From Actinomycetota bacterium (GTDB lineage Bacteria > Actinomycetota > Actinomycetes > S36-B12), in assembly GCA_016717115.1 (NCBI GenBank), contig JADKGE010000001.1, positions 573,598 to 637,597 on the forward strand: a DNA stretch of 64,000 nucleotides, read 5' to 3'. Numbering within the stretch: position 1 is the first letter of the stretch; every line of letters begins with the position of its first letter. Made by a program: the position numbers and the translations under genes. Positions 16,933 to 25,994 of this stretch are shown here, piece by piece. The notes beneath the pieces were generated by a model. The model was not told the origin of the DNA. It worked only from the letters and a program-made list of their open reading frames with translations, and ran no database searches.

Positions 16933-19764
16933 GTGAGTTCCGCCGCCGGTCCCGCGCTGACGACCGACCAGCGCCTCGTCGATGCGGTCAGCCGGGTGCT
17001 GCCCGGTGGCGTGCGGAGCCGAGCCAGTGACCGGCTCGCCTACGCGCACGACGCCTCGCACTATCTGCTGACACCGCAGGCGGTGGTGACCCCCGAGAAC
17101 GCGGGCGATGTCGCGCGCCTGCTGCGGGTCAGCGGCGAGCAGGGCATCCCCCTCACCTTCCGCTCCGGGGGAACGAGCCTGAGCGGGCAGGCGACGACGT
17201 CGGGCATCCTCGTCGACACCCGCCGCCACTTCCGACGGATCGAGGTGCTCGACGACGGCCGCCGCGTGCGGGTCCAGCCGGGCGCGACCATCGGCGCGGT
17301 CAACGCTCGATTGGCTCCGCTCGGCTACAAGCTCGGACCCGACCCGGCCAGCGAGTCCGCGGCCACCGTCGGCGGCGTCGTTGCCAACAACTCGAGCGGG
17401 ATGGCGTGTGGCACCGAGTTCAACTCCTACCGCACGATCGAGTCGATGGTGCTTGTGCTGGCGAGCGGGACCGTCGTCGACACGGGCGACCCGGACGCGG
17501 ACGGGCTGCTGCGCCAGCGCGAGCCGGACCTGCACGACGGACTGATCCGCCTTCGCGACAGGGTGAGGGGAAACACCACATCGCGGACCATCATCGAGAG
17601 CCAGTTCTCACTGAAGAACACGATGGGCTACGGGCTGAACTCGTTCCTGGACTTCGACAGCCCGGCCGTCATCCTCGCCCACCTCCTGGTCGGCAGCGAA
17701 GGCACGCTCGGCTTCGTCGCCGAGGTTACGTTCCGCACCGTCGCCATCCGACCCCACGTGGCAACCGGTCTGCTGTTCTTCGGCTCGCTGCACGGCGCGA
17801 CGGATGCACTTCCCGAACTGGTGGGGTCGGGCCTCGCCGCGATCGAGCTGCTGGACGAGACGTCGTTGCGCGTGGCGCAGCGCGACCCCAAGGCGACTCA
17901 GGGCCTCACGTCGATGGTGATCGACCGTCAGGCGGCGCTCCTCGTGGAGTACCAGGAGATGACGGCCGACGCCCTGGCGGCGCGGATCGACGCGGCGCGC
18001 CCCCTTCTCGATCGGCTGCCCCTCGTGGCACCCGCCGACCTGGCGGCGGCCCCGTCGACGAGGGCCGATCTCTGGCACATCCGCAAGGGCCTGTACGCCA
18101 CCGTGGCCGGCGCGCGGCCTTCGGGCACGACGGCCCTGCTCGAGGACATCGCCGTTCCCGTGCCGGCGCTCGCGGGCACGTGCGAGTCCCTCATCTCCCT
18201 CTTCGCGCGCCACGACTACCACGACAGCGTGATCTTCGGCCACGCCAAGGACGGCAACATCCACTTCCTGCTCAACGAGCGGTTCGACGACCCCGCGTCG
18301 CTCGTGCGCTACTCGGCGTTCACCGAGGACATGGTCGACCTCGTCCTCGGCCACGACGGGACCCTGAAGGCGGAGCACGGCACGGGACGCATCATGGCTC
18401 CGTTCGTTCGCCGCCAGTACGGCGACGAGCTGTACGACGTGATGGTGGAGGTGAAGCGCCTCCTCGATCCGCATGTCGTGCTGAATCCCGGCGTACTGCT
18501 CAACGACGACCCCGACTCCCACCTTCGCGACCTCAAGATCACGCCGACGGTGGAGGCTGAGGTCGACCGCTGCGTGGAATGCGGCTACTGCGAGCCCGTG
18601 TGCCCCAGCCGAGACCTGACCCTCACGCCCCGACAACGCATCGTCCTGCGGCGCGCCCTGGCATCCGCGCAGGCCGCCGGCGACCATCGGCTCGTGGCGG
18701 AGCTCGAGGAGGACTACGTCTACGACGGCGTGCAGACCTGTGCGGTCGACGGGATGTGCCAGACGGCCTGCCCGGTGCTCATCGACACGGGCGATCTCGT
18801 CCGCCGACTTCGGGCCGAGCAGCGCAAGCCCATCCAGGATGCGGTCTGGCGCACGGCGGGGCGGCACTGGAAGCCCGTCAGTGCCGGCATCGGCCTGGCA
18901 CTGGACATCGCTGCACGCGTGCCGGGATCCGCCCTCGTGCCGGCCTCGGACGCCGCCCGCCGCCTGCTCGGCCCCGACATGGTGCCGAGGTGGGACGCCG
19001 CCCTGCCCGGCGGTGGCGAGCCGCGGACGCCGTGGCACGCCGTAAGCCCCGCGGCGGTCTACTTCCCCGCCTGCGTCAACGCCATGTTCGGCGCCGAGTC
19101 GAGCGGCCCCGGAGTCCGCGCTGCCTTCCTCGAGCTGTGCTCACGCGCAGGCGTGCGCGTGGCCGTGCCCGACGGGATCGGCGAGATGTGCTGCGGCACC
19201 CCGTGGAAGTCGAAGGGGATGGTGGCCGGTCATGAGGCGATGAGCGATCGCGTGGCGCCCTGGGCCTGGGAGGCGACCAGGCACGGCTCGCTTCCCCTCG
19301 TCTGCGATGCGACATCGTGCACCGAGGGGCTCGAGGGCATGCTCGGCGCCGTGGAGAGCGCACACGGTGTCCGGATCGACGTCGTCGATGCCGTGCAGTT
19401 CGTCGCCGACCGCGTGCTGCCGTCGCTGGTCGTCTCGCACCGACTGACGTCGATCGCGCTGCATCCCACCTGCTCATCGACGCGGATGACCGTCAACGCC
19501 GACCTGCTGGTGCTGGCACGCGCGATCGCGGACGAGGCGGTCGTACCCGAGGGGTGGGGCTGCTGCGCGTTCGCGGGAGATCGCGGACTGCTGCACCCTG
19601 AACTCACGGCGTCGGCTACGGCGGCCGAGGCCCGCTCGGTTTCCGCTCGGGAGTTCGACGCCTACGCGTCGCTGAACCGCACCTGCGAACTGGGCATGAG
19701 TCGGGCCACCGGACGCCCTTACCGGCACATCCTGGAACTCCTCGAGGAGGCCACGCGCCCCTAG
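16933..19764 (+). CDS. fused FAD-linked oxidase / 4Fe-4S / CCG-domain oxidoreductase (D-lactate or glycolate dehydrogenase-like)
   Basis: Intact 943-aa ORF. It has an N-terminal FAD-binding PCMH-type region (FRSGGTSLSGQ). Ferredoxin-type Cys clusters read CVECGYCEPVCP and CAVDGMCQTACP. C-terminal Cys-rich CCG-like repeats are present. Confidence 0.85.
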   Translation: MSSAAGPALTTDQRLVDAVSRVLPGGVRSRASDRLAYAHDASHYLLTPQAVVTPENAGDVARLLRVSGEQGIPLTFRSGGTSLSGQATTSGILVDTRRHFRRIEVLDDGRRVRVQPGATIGAVNARLAPLGYKLGPDPASESAATVGGVVANNSSGMACGTEFNSYRTIESMVLVLASGTVVDTGDPDADGLLRQREPDLHDGLIRLRDRVRGNTTSRTIIESQFSLKNTMGYGLNSFLDFDSPAVILAHLLVGSEGTLGFVAEVTFRTVAIRPHVATGLLFFGSLHGATDALPELVGSGLAAIELLDETSLRVAQRDPKATQGLTSMVIDRQAALLVEYQEMTADALAARIDAARPLLDRLPLVAPADLAAAPSTRADLWHIRKGLYATVAGARPSGTTALLEDIAVPVPALAGTCESLISLFARHDYHDSVIFGHAKDGNIHFLLNERFDDPASLVRYSAFTEDMVDLVLGHDGTLKAEHGTGRIMAPFVRRQYGDELYDVMVEVKRLLDPHVVLNPGVLLNDDPDSHLRDLKITPTVEAEVDRCVECGYCEPVCPSRDLTLTPRQRIVLRRALASAQAAGDHRLVAELEEDYVYDGVQTCAVDGMCQTACPVLIDTGDLVRRLRAEQRKPIQDAVWRTAGRHWKPVSAGIGLALDIAARVPGSALVPASDAARRLLGPDMVPRWDAALPGGGEPRTPWHAVSPAAVYFPACVNAMFGAESSGPGVRAAFLELCSRAGVRVAVPDGIGEMCCGTPWKSKGMVAGHEAMSDRVAPWAWEATRHGSLPLVCDATSCTEGLEGMLGAVESAHGVRIDVVDAVQFVADRVLPSLVVSHRLTSIALHPTCSSTRMTVNADLLVLARAIADEAVVPEGWGCCAFAGDRGLLHPELTASATAAEARSVSAREFDAYASLNRTCELGMSRATGRPYRHILELLEEATRP

Positions 19765-19800
19765 GGCAACGGGACCCTAGGGGCGCAGCCGTCCCCTAGG
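19758..19800. repeat. three copies of palindromic CCCTAGG(G) in 43 bp, between convergent genes
   Basis: The sequence reads CCCCTAGGGcaacgggaCCCTAGGGGcgcagccgtCCCCTAGGa. The first CTAG contains the TAG stop at 19762-19764. Any two copies can pair as an 8-9 bp stem, so this may be a bidirectional terminator. Confidence 0.7.
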
Positions 19801-19821
19801 ACGCGTGGTGGCTCGCCGACG

Positions 19822-20220
19822 TCAGGACGAGACGGCGGACGCGGGCAGGAAGAACTCCAGCGGGATGCCGTCGGGATCGCGGAAGTTGAGGTGCCAGCCG
19901 AACGGGGACGACTCGATGTCGGACATCTCGGCGCCGTGCTCGCGCAGCCGAAGCTGCCAGCCGTCGAGCTCGGCTCGGCTCGAGCACACGAATCCGATGT
20001 GGTCGAGGCCGACGCGCTCCTGGGTGAACGACTCGGGGGCGACGGCGGGATCCTGGCGCAGGTCGATGGCCTGCCCGTCCGGCGTCATGAAGACCTTCAT
20101 CGGCGCGGGCTCGTCGAACTCCGCAACGAGGGTGAGATCGAACAGGCGGGCGTACCAGTCGGCGCTCTTGTCGATGTCGTGGACGCTCAGAGCGACATGC
20201 TGAAGCACGGGAGTGGTCAT
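19822..20220 (-). CDS. VOC (glyoxalase/bleomycin-resistance/dioxygenase) family protein
   Basis: 132-aa ORF reading VLQHVALSVHDIDKSADWYARLF and LNFRDPDGIPLEF. Confidence 0.8.
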   Translation of the reverse strand: MTTPVLQHVALSVHDIDKSADWYARLFDLTLVAEFDEPAPMKVFMTPDGQAIDLRQDPAVAPESFTQERVGLDHIGFVCSSRAELDGWQLRLREHGAEMSDIESSPFGWHLNFRDPDGIPLEFFLPASAVSS

Positions 20221-20382
20221 GGCTTTCCTTCCTAGGGGTGTACGGCTCGTGCACTTCTACGGTCCACCCGCCAGCGGGGGTCTCGCATCAGGGGAAACAC
20301 CGGGTTTCCGGCGTCGGGCGTCCCCCGTGTCGAGGGACTTTCGGCCCTGCCGTCGCCGCCGTCGGGCGGAACAGCCTTAGGT

Positions 20383-23109
20383 GTGCTCGTGGGTCGTAGC
20401 GCTGAGCTGACTCAGCTCGACCGCCTGCTGGACGCGGCCCGGCAGGGCAGCGGTGGTCGCATCGTCGTCGTCGGAGATCCGGGTATGGGCAAGTCGACCC
20501 TGCTCGCCGCGGCACGCCGCCGCGCGAGTGGTCGCGGCATGCAGGTGGTCCAGGTGACGGCGACCGAGGGGTCCGCAGGTCATGCGTTCTCCCTCGTCGA
20601 CGATCTCGAGCGCATCTCGGGCCGACAGCCCTCACTCGGCGACGGGGTGGCCGATCGCGGGGACGCGCTGCTCGCGGAACTCACCCGGCGGGCGCTCGAC
20701 GGCCCCGTCCTGGTGGTGGTCGACGACGCGCACTTCGCTGATGCGTCCTCCCTGATCGCCCTGGCGGTGGCAGCCGAGCGCGCTGACCAGCTGCCGGTCG
20801 GCGTCATCGTCGCCCTGGCCGGTGACGGCGGCCCCGGAGAGCGCTTCGCCTCGTGGCCGCACCTCTACCTGAGTCCCCTCACCCGGGAGGCCTCGCTGAC
20901 TGTCTTGCGGGCGGCCGCGGGGCCCAACCTCCCGCAGCCCGCCGTGTCCATCGTCGACGCCTTCGGCGGCAACCCCTGCGCCCTGACGGAGGCCCCTCGG
21001 CTGCTGACCCCTGACCAGATCTGCGGGCGTGACGCGCTGCCGAGCATCATGCCGGTGCCTGCCGCCCTGCAGCATGCCTGGAGCGGACGGCTCGACGGGT
21101 TGTCCGCAGGCGGGCAGCGGGCCGTGGTCGACGTGGCCATCGCGGGAGCCCGTAGCGACGTCCTCGCCGCCATGGCGTCGGCCACGGGTTGGCAGGACGC
21201 TGACCTCGACGAGCTCGTCGAGGCCGGCCTGGCAGTGCGGGACCCGACAGGTGGGCCGCCCCGGCTGACGACGGTGGTGCGCGACGTCGTGCTGGCCCGC
21301 ACCCGAGGCGCGACCGTCAGGGACGGGCATCGCCGCGCTGCGGAGGCGGCGGAGGCGCTCGACCTGCCGCCCAGGATCGTCATCGACCACCTCGTCCAGT
21401 CGGTGCTGACGGCCAATGCGGGCGTCGCCGCCGCCCTGCAGCGACAGGGTGAGCGCGCCGAGGCATCTGACCACCTCCGCATGGCCAGCGACGCCTGGCA
21501 GGCCGCCGCTCGCCTGTCCGTGACGCCGGCGGAACGGGTGGACAGGGCACTCCACGCGGCGCGGCTCATCATCTCCAACGGGCTCGACTACGCCGACGTC
21601 GACGATCTCGTCGAGCTCCTGGCCGGGGCCGAGCTCGACGAGGAGTCGGCCTGCTGGGTCGATTGGCTACGAGCCCTCCAGCGATCACACACGGATCCGG
21701 ACGCGGCCCTGACCGCGCAGTGGTCGACGATCGTGCGGGCCCGTGCGTCGTCGCCGCACACGGTTCTGATGTTCCTGTGGGACGCGGCGATGAACGCGTG
21801 GACCCTCGGCAACGTGGTCGAGGGACTGCGAGCGGCACGGGAGTACGCCGAGCTGGAGCGCCGCCTGGAGCCGACCCTCGAGGGCGTCGAGCCGCCGTGG
21901 GCCGGCACCGCCCTCGTGGCAGCGGGACTGTTCCAGGCCGGACAGGTGGCCGAGGCGATGCCCCTTCGAGCTGCCGCGATCGCGGCAGCGGCGGGGGTTG
22001 ATCCCGCGGCCGAGCCCTTCGACCGGTTGCTGTCGATGGTCTTCCTGGACGATGTGTTGCTCGACACCAGCGCCGCGTCCGGCGACCGGGCGGTCGCGGC
22101 ACTGCAGCGGATGGTGGATGAGTCGGCGCCGCTGGCGTGCCTGTACGGGATCCAGGCGTGGCGGGCCCGAGCGAGCGGCGACTGGCCCGCCGCTCGCGAC
22201 CTCCTTGCCGTGGGTCGACCGGTCGCCGTCACGACGTGTGCCACCGGCGTCCAGCTCGGCATGGCAGCCCTCGCCGCGGAACTGGCCGGCATGGCGGGGG
22301 ATGACGACGTGCTCCTCGAGGAGAGCACTGCGCTCCGCGACGCCGCCATGCGCCAGCGGGATCGACGTAGGCTCGCCACGCTGGATCGGGCCCTGGGCCT
22401 GCGCGCCCTGGCCGATGGTCGCCGGGAGCCCGCGATCGCCTCGTTGTCCGCCGCGGCCGACAGTCCGTTCCTCGGGCGAGGCCTTCGAGACGGCGTCCTG
22501 CCCGCCCGCGTCGACCTCGTGGAGGCGCTGGCGAGGTCCGGTGACCTCGAGGCGGCGGCCGTTCGTGGTGAGGAGGTGCGCGCCCACCTGCTGGCCATGA
22601 GGGATCCGGCGGCCGATGCCCTGTCGGCCCGGGTCGCGGCGCTGGTCTCGGCCGGCGATGAGGCGGCGGGCTGGTACGAGGCAGCCGTCGCCGCTCATGA
22701 GGCGGCACCGGACCCGTTCGAGCACGGGCGCACGCTCCTGCTCCAGGGCGAGCACCTGCGGCGCATGCGCCGACGCACGCATGCCCGGGCCGCCCTGCTG
22801 CAGGCGGAGCGAGCCTTCGACCGGCTGGGCGCGCGACCCTGGCTGGCGCGCACGCGCACCGAGTTGCGTGCTGCCGGAGGCCAGCCGGAGGAGGCCGAGG
22901 GTCTCGATGTCCTGACCCCGCAGGAGACGGCAGTGGCGACCGCGGTCGCCGAGGGACGCAGCAATCGCGAGGTGGCGGAGTTGCTCTTCCTGTCTCCCAA
23001 GACGGTCGAGTACCACCTCGGCAGCGTCTATAGGAAGCTCGGGGTGCACGGCCGGGGCGCGTTGGCCCGCCGGATGATGGAGGACGCGAAGCGCACAAGC
23101 GTGTCGTGA
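20383..23109 (+). CDS. LAL-type (large ATP-binding LuxR-family) transcriptional regulator
   Basis: 908 aa. It has an N-terminal P-loop (VVVGDPGMGKST), a long helical-repeat middle section, and a C-terminal LuxR HTH (LTPQETAVATAVAEGRSNREVAELLFLSPKTVEYHLGSVYRKLGV). Confidence 0.85.
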   Translation: MLVGRSAELTQLDRLLDAARQGSGGRIVVVGDPGMGKSTLLAAARRRASGRGMQVVQVTATEGSAGHAFSLVDDLERISGRQPSLGDGVADRGDALLAELTRRALDGPVLVVVDDAHFADASSLIALAVAAERADQLPVGVIVALAGDGGPGERFASWPHLYLSPLTREASLTVLRAAAGPNLPQPAVSIVDAFGGNPCALTEAPRLLTPDQICGRDALPSIMPVPAALQHAWSGRLDGLSAGGQRAVVDVAIAGARSDVLAAMASATGWQDADLDELVEAGLAVRDPTGGPPRLTTVVRDVVLARTRGATVRDGHRRAAEAAEALDLPPRIVIDHLVQSVLTANAGVAAALQRQGERAEASDHLRMASDAWQAAARLSVTPAERVDRALHAARLIISNGLDYADVDDLVELLAGAELDEESACWVDWLRALQRSHTDPDAALTAQWSTIVRARASSPHTVLMFLWDAAMNAWTLGNVVEGLRAAREYAELERRLEPTLEGVEPPWAGTALVAAGLFQAGQVAEAMPLRAAAIAAAAGVDPAAEPFDRLLSMVFLDDVLLDTSAASGDRAVAALQRMVDESAPLACLYGIQAWRARASGDWPAARDLLAVGRPVAVTTCATGVQLGMAALAAELAGMAGDDDVLLEESTALRDAAMRQRDRRRLATLDRALGLRALADGRREPAIASLSAAADSPFLGRGLRDGVLPARVDLVEALARSGDLEAAAVRGEEVRAHLLAMRDPAADALSARVAALVSAGDEAAGWYEAAVAAHEAAPDPFEHGRTLLLQGEHLRRMRRRTHARAALLQAERAFDRLGARPWLARTRTELRAAGGQPEEAEGLDVLTPQETAVATAVAEGRSNREVAELLFLSPKTVEYHLGSVYRKLGVHGRGALARRMMEDAKRTSVS

Positions 23110-23163
23110 CCGTTCGACTTCGCCGATCCGAGGCGTACCCTGCGACTGTCGAGGGGAGGACCC

Positions 23164-24867
23164 GTGGATTCCGAGGGGATCGACGCGGGACGGCGGCGCT
23201 GGCAGGAGCGATTCGATGCCGCGGTCGCGTCCGGGCAGGTTCGCGCGGCCGACTTCACCACGCTGAGCGGAGTCGACGTCGCGCCCGTGTACGGGCCGCC
23301 GCCCGAGGTCGACGATCCACGGATGGAGTCCATCGGCTGGCCGGGGGAGTTCCCCTTCACGCGCGGCCTGTACGCCACCGGCTACCGCGGGCGTACGTGG
23401 ACGATCCGCCAGTTCGCGGGCTTCGGCAACGCCGAGCAGACCAACGAGCGGTACCGCATGATCATGCAGAGGGGCGGCGGCGGCCTGTCCGTCGCGTTCG
23501 ACATGCCCACGCTGATGGGCCTGGACTCCGACGATCCGAGGAGTCTGGGCGAGGTGGGACACTGCGGGGTCGCGATCGACTCGGCCTTCGACATGGACGT
23601 CCTGTTCGATGGCATCCCGCTCGACCAGGTCACGACCTCGATGACCATCTCGGGCCCGGCGATTCCCGTCTTCTGCATGTACGTGGCCGCGGCGGAGCGG
23701 CAGGGCGTTGACATCTCGTCGCTCAACGGAACGCTCCAGACCGATATCTACAAGGAGTACATCGCTCAGAAGGAGTGGCTGTTCCCGCCGGAGCCGCACC
23801 TGCGGCTCATCGGGGATCTCATGGAGTTCTGCGCCAAGCGGATCCCCTACTACAAGCCGTTGAGCGTGTCCGGCTACCACATCAGGGAGGCCGGCTCGAC
23901 TGCCGCGCAGGAGCTGGCCTTCACCCTCGCCGACGGGTTCGCCTACGTGGAGCTGGGCGTGTCACGGGGCCTGGACGTCGACACCTTCGCCCCCGGTCTG
24001 TCCTTCTTCTTCGACAGCCACGTCGACTTCTTCGAGGAGATCGCCAAGTTCCGGGCCGCCCGCCGCATCTGGGCCCGATGGCTGCGCGACGTCTATGGCG
24101 CGACCACGGAGCGGGCCCAGTGGCTGCGGTTCCACACCCAGACGGCGGGCGTCTCGCTCACCGCCCAGCAGCCGATGAACAACGTGGTGCGCACGGCCGT
24201 GCAGGCGCTCGCCGCGGTGCTCGGCGGCACGAACTCCCTGCACACCAATGCCCTCGACGAGACGCTCGCCCTGCCGACGCAGGAATCGGCGGAGGTGGCG
24301 CTGCGAACGCAGCAGGTGATCATGGAGGAGACGGGGGTCGCGAATGTCGCCGACCCGCTCGGCGGATCGTGGTACGTCGAGGAGCTGACCACGAGGCTGG
24401 AGGACGAGGCCGAGGCGATCTTCAGGCAGATTCGCGAGATGGGGGAGTCTGGATCGGTCAGTGCCATCGGCCCGATGACGTCCGGCATCCTGCGGGGCAT
24501 CGAGAACGGCTGGTTCACCGGGCACATCGCTGAGGCGGCGTTCGACCATCAGCGAGCGCTCGAGACGGGGACGAAGCGGATCGTCGGCGTGAACTGTCAT
24601 ACCGACTCCCTTGCCAAGGACCTGGAGATCCTGCGGATCAGCCGGGACGTCGAGCGTGACCAGGTGCGGGCCCTCGGCGAGCGCCGGCGCGTGCGCGACG
24701 ACGCTCGCGTCAGCCGGGCACTGGCCGCGGTCGCCGAGACGGCGCGAGGCGAGGGCAACCTCATCGAGCCCATCCTCGAGGCGGCCCGCGCCGAGGCGAC
24801 GCTGGGCGAGATCTGCGGCGAGCTACGCGGCCTGTGGGGCGGTTACACGGAGAACGCCCACTTCTAG
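23164..24867 (+). CDS. acyl-CoA mutase large (catalytic) subunit, isobutyryl-CoA mutase IcmA-like
   Basis: 567 aa. The sequence FPFTRGLYATGYRGRTWTIRQFAGFGNAEQTNERYRMIMQRGGGGLSVAFDMPTLMG shows the ATGY...RQF pattern of IcmA-type rather than MCM-type (ATMY...RQY) enzymes. There is no B12-binding domain. The TAG stop at 24865-24867 lies inside the IS target duplication. Confidence 0.85.
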   Translation: MDSEGIDAGRRRWQERFDAAVASGQVRAADFTTLSGVDVAPVYGPPPEVDDPRMESIGWPGEFPFTRGLYATGYRGRTWTIRQFAGFGNAEQTNERYRMIMQRGGGGLSVAFDMPTLMGLDSDDPRSLGEVGHCGVAIDSAFDMDVLFDGIPLDQVTTSMTISGPAIPVFCMYVAAAERQGVDISSLNGTLQTDIYKEYIAQKEWLFPPEPHLRLIGDLMEFCAKRIPYYKPLSVSGYHIREAGSTAAQELAFTLADGFAYVELGVSRGLDVDTFAPGLSFFFDSHVDFFEEIAKFRAARRIWARWLRDVYGATTERAQWLRFHTQTAGVSLTAQQPMNNVVRTAVQALAAVLGGTNSLHTNALDETLALPTQESAEVALRTQQVIMEETGVANVADPLGGSWYVEELTTRLEDEAEAIFRQIREMGESGSVSAIGPMTSGILRGIENGWFTGHIAEAAFDHQRALETGTKRIVGVNCHTDSLAKDLEILRISRDVERDQVRALGERRRVRDDARVSRALAAVAETARGEGNLIEPILEAARAEATLGEICGELRGLWGGYTENAHF

Positions 24868-25884
24868 GTGTTCTGTCCAAGCAGGTTGGTCACGCGGGTG
24901 ACCGGTGGCTTGCCGCCGAGTGCGGTGTGTGGCCTGTGATGGTTGTAGATGTGGAGCCAGCTGGTCGAAGGCCTTCCGGCGGGCTGATTCGGAGGAGTAG
25001 GCCTTGGCGTAGCCCCATTCGTCGCGCAGTGTCCGCTGGTAGCGCTCGACCTTGCCGTTGGTCTGGGGTCGGTATGGCCGGGTGCGGCGGATGGCGATGC
25101 CGAGGTCGGTGTTCAGCCGGACCCAGTCGGTGGAGCGGTAGGCCGGGCCGTTATCGCTGATGACCTCGGTGACGGTGATCCCGTGCGAGGCGTAGAACGC
25201 GATCGCCCGGGTCCAGAAGGCCACGGTGGTCGCCTTGGTCTCGTCGTCGTGGACCTCGGAGTAGGCCAGGCGGGAGTGGTCGTCGACTGCGGAGTGCACG
25301 AACGCGTAGCCCGCCCTTCCGGTTCCTCGTCGGGACCGCTGCTGGCGGCGGTCGGCCTCGATCTGCTTGCGTCCGGTCTGGAACCCGGCGCGTCCGTTGA
25401 CCTTCCATCCGCCGCCGGGAGGGATCAGGCCGAACTTCTTCACGTCCACGTGCAGCAGGTCCCCGGGCCGGTCCCGCTCGTAGCGGATGACCTCACCGGT
25501 GGCCCGGTCCATGTGATCGAGCCGGTTGAGGCCCTCGCGGACCAGGATCCGGTGCACGGTCGAGGCGGGGATCCCGACCCGGCCCGCGATCTGGACCGGC
25601 CCGAACCGCCGCTTCGTTCGCAGGTGCTTGACCCTCCTCTCGATCCGGCGCCTGGTCCGCGTCGGCGATCGGTGCGGCCGGCTCGAGACATCGACCATGT
25701 CCCGCGACGTCGGCGTCATCCCGGCGGCCAACACCGCCCGATACCGACGCGACCATCGGATCACCGTCGTGGTCGAGACCTGGAACCGCTCCGCAGTCCC
25801 ACGGATCGTCGACCCCGACTCAACATGGAACCGGGCCAGCTTCAACCGGCCCAGCTCGGACAACGGGGCATTAGCGTGGGCCAT
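24823..25884 (-). pseudogene. IS481-family transposase with a C-terminal frameshift
   Basis: 353-aa ORF identical to copy A through ...SESARRKA. An extra base at 24967 then replaces the conserved LTSWLHIYNHHRPHTALGGKPP tail with unrelated sequence, and the ORF runs out of the IS into flanking DNA. Confidence 0.75.
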
Positions 25885-25993
25885 GAAGGCCTCCTTCGTG
25901 AATGTGATTGCTTGGTCGCTTCACACCTCACAAGGAGGCCTTCCCCACGTCAACAGCTGACGCGCCTCGTTACCAACGTCGATGGACAGAACA
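24869..25993 (-). mobile_element. IS481-family insertion sequence, copy B (1125 bp), with a perfect 6-bp target duplication
   Basis: TCTAGG at 24863-24868 is repeated at 25994-25999. The termini match copy A. Copy B differs from copy A by 5 substitutions and 2 single-base indels. Confidence 0.92.
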
Positions 25994-25994
25994 T

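Noticed and set aside
20383-23109. The 908-aa P-loop protein might be an Avs/NLR-like antiphage STAND NTPase.
   Set aside because: It ends in a canonical LuxR-type HTH and has the overall layout of LAL/MalT-type transcription regulators. It has no nuclease, protease or TIR effector domain.
23110-23163. A cobalamin riboswitch might lie upstream of the acyl-CoA mutase gene.
   Set aside because: Only 54 nt separate it from the upstream gene. This is too short, and no B12-box-like sequence is visible.
21685-23880. Very long ORFs lie antisense or out of frame to confidently assigned genes. Examples are 21685-23880(-), 29947-32910(-), 9715-11757(-), 8991-11222(+), 51790-53592(-), 55282-56607(+), 56415-57644(-) and 40610-41947(+).
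   Set aside because: Their translations are Arg/Pro/Gly/Ala-rich low-complexity sequence, typical of shadow frames in high-GC DNA. In each case the opposite or overlapping frame carries clear family motifs.
798-25993. The two inverted IS481-family copies might form a 25-kb composite transposon carrying the protease cluster, the regulator and the mutase.
   Set aside because: Each copy has its own target duplication. Copy B has a perfect TCTAGG on both sides. Copy A has GCTAGC and GCT-GC. The outer flanks (GCTAGC on the left, TCTAGG on the right) do not match each other. This indicates two independent simple insertions. Inversion by homologous recombination is also not indicated, because the duplications are not swapped.
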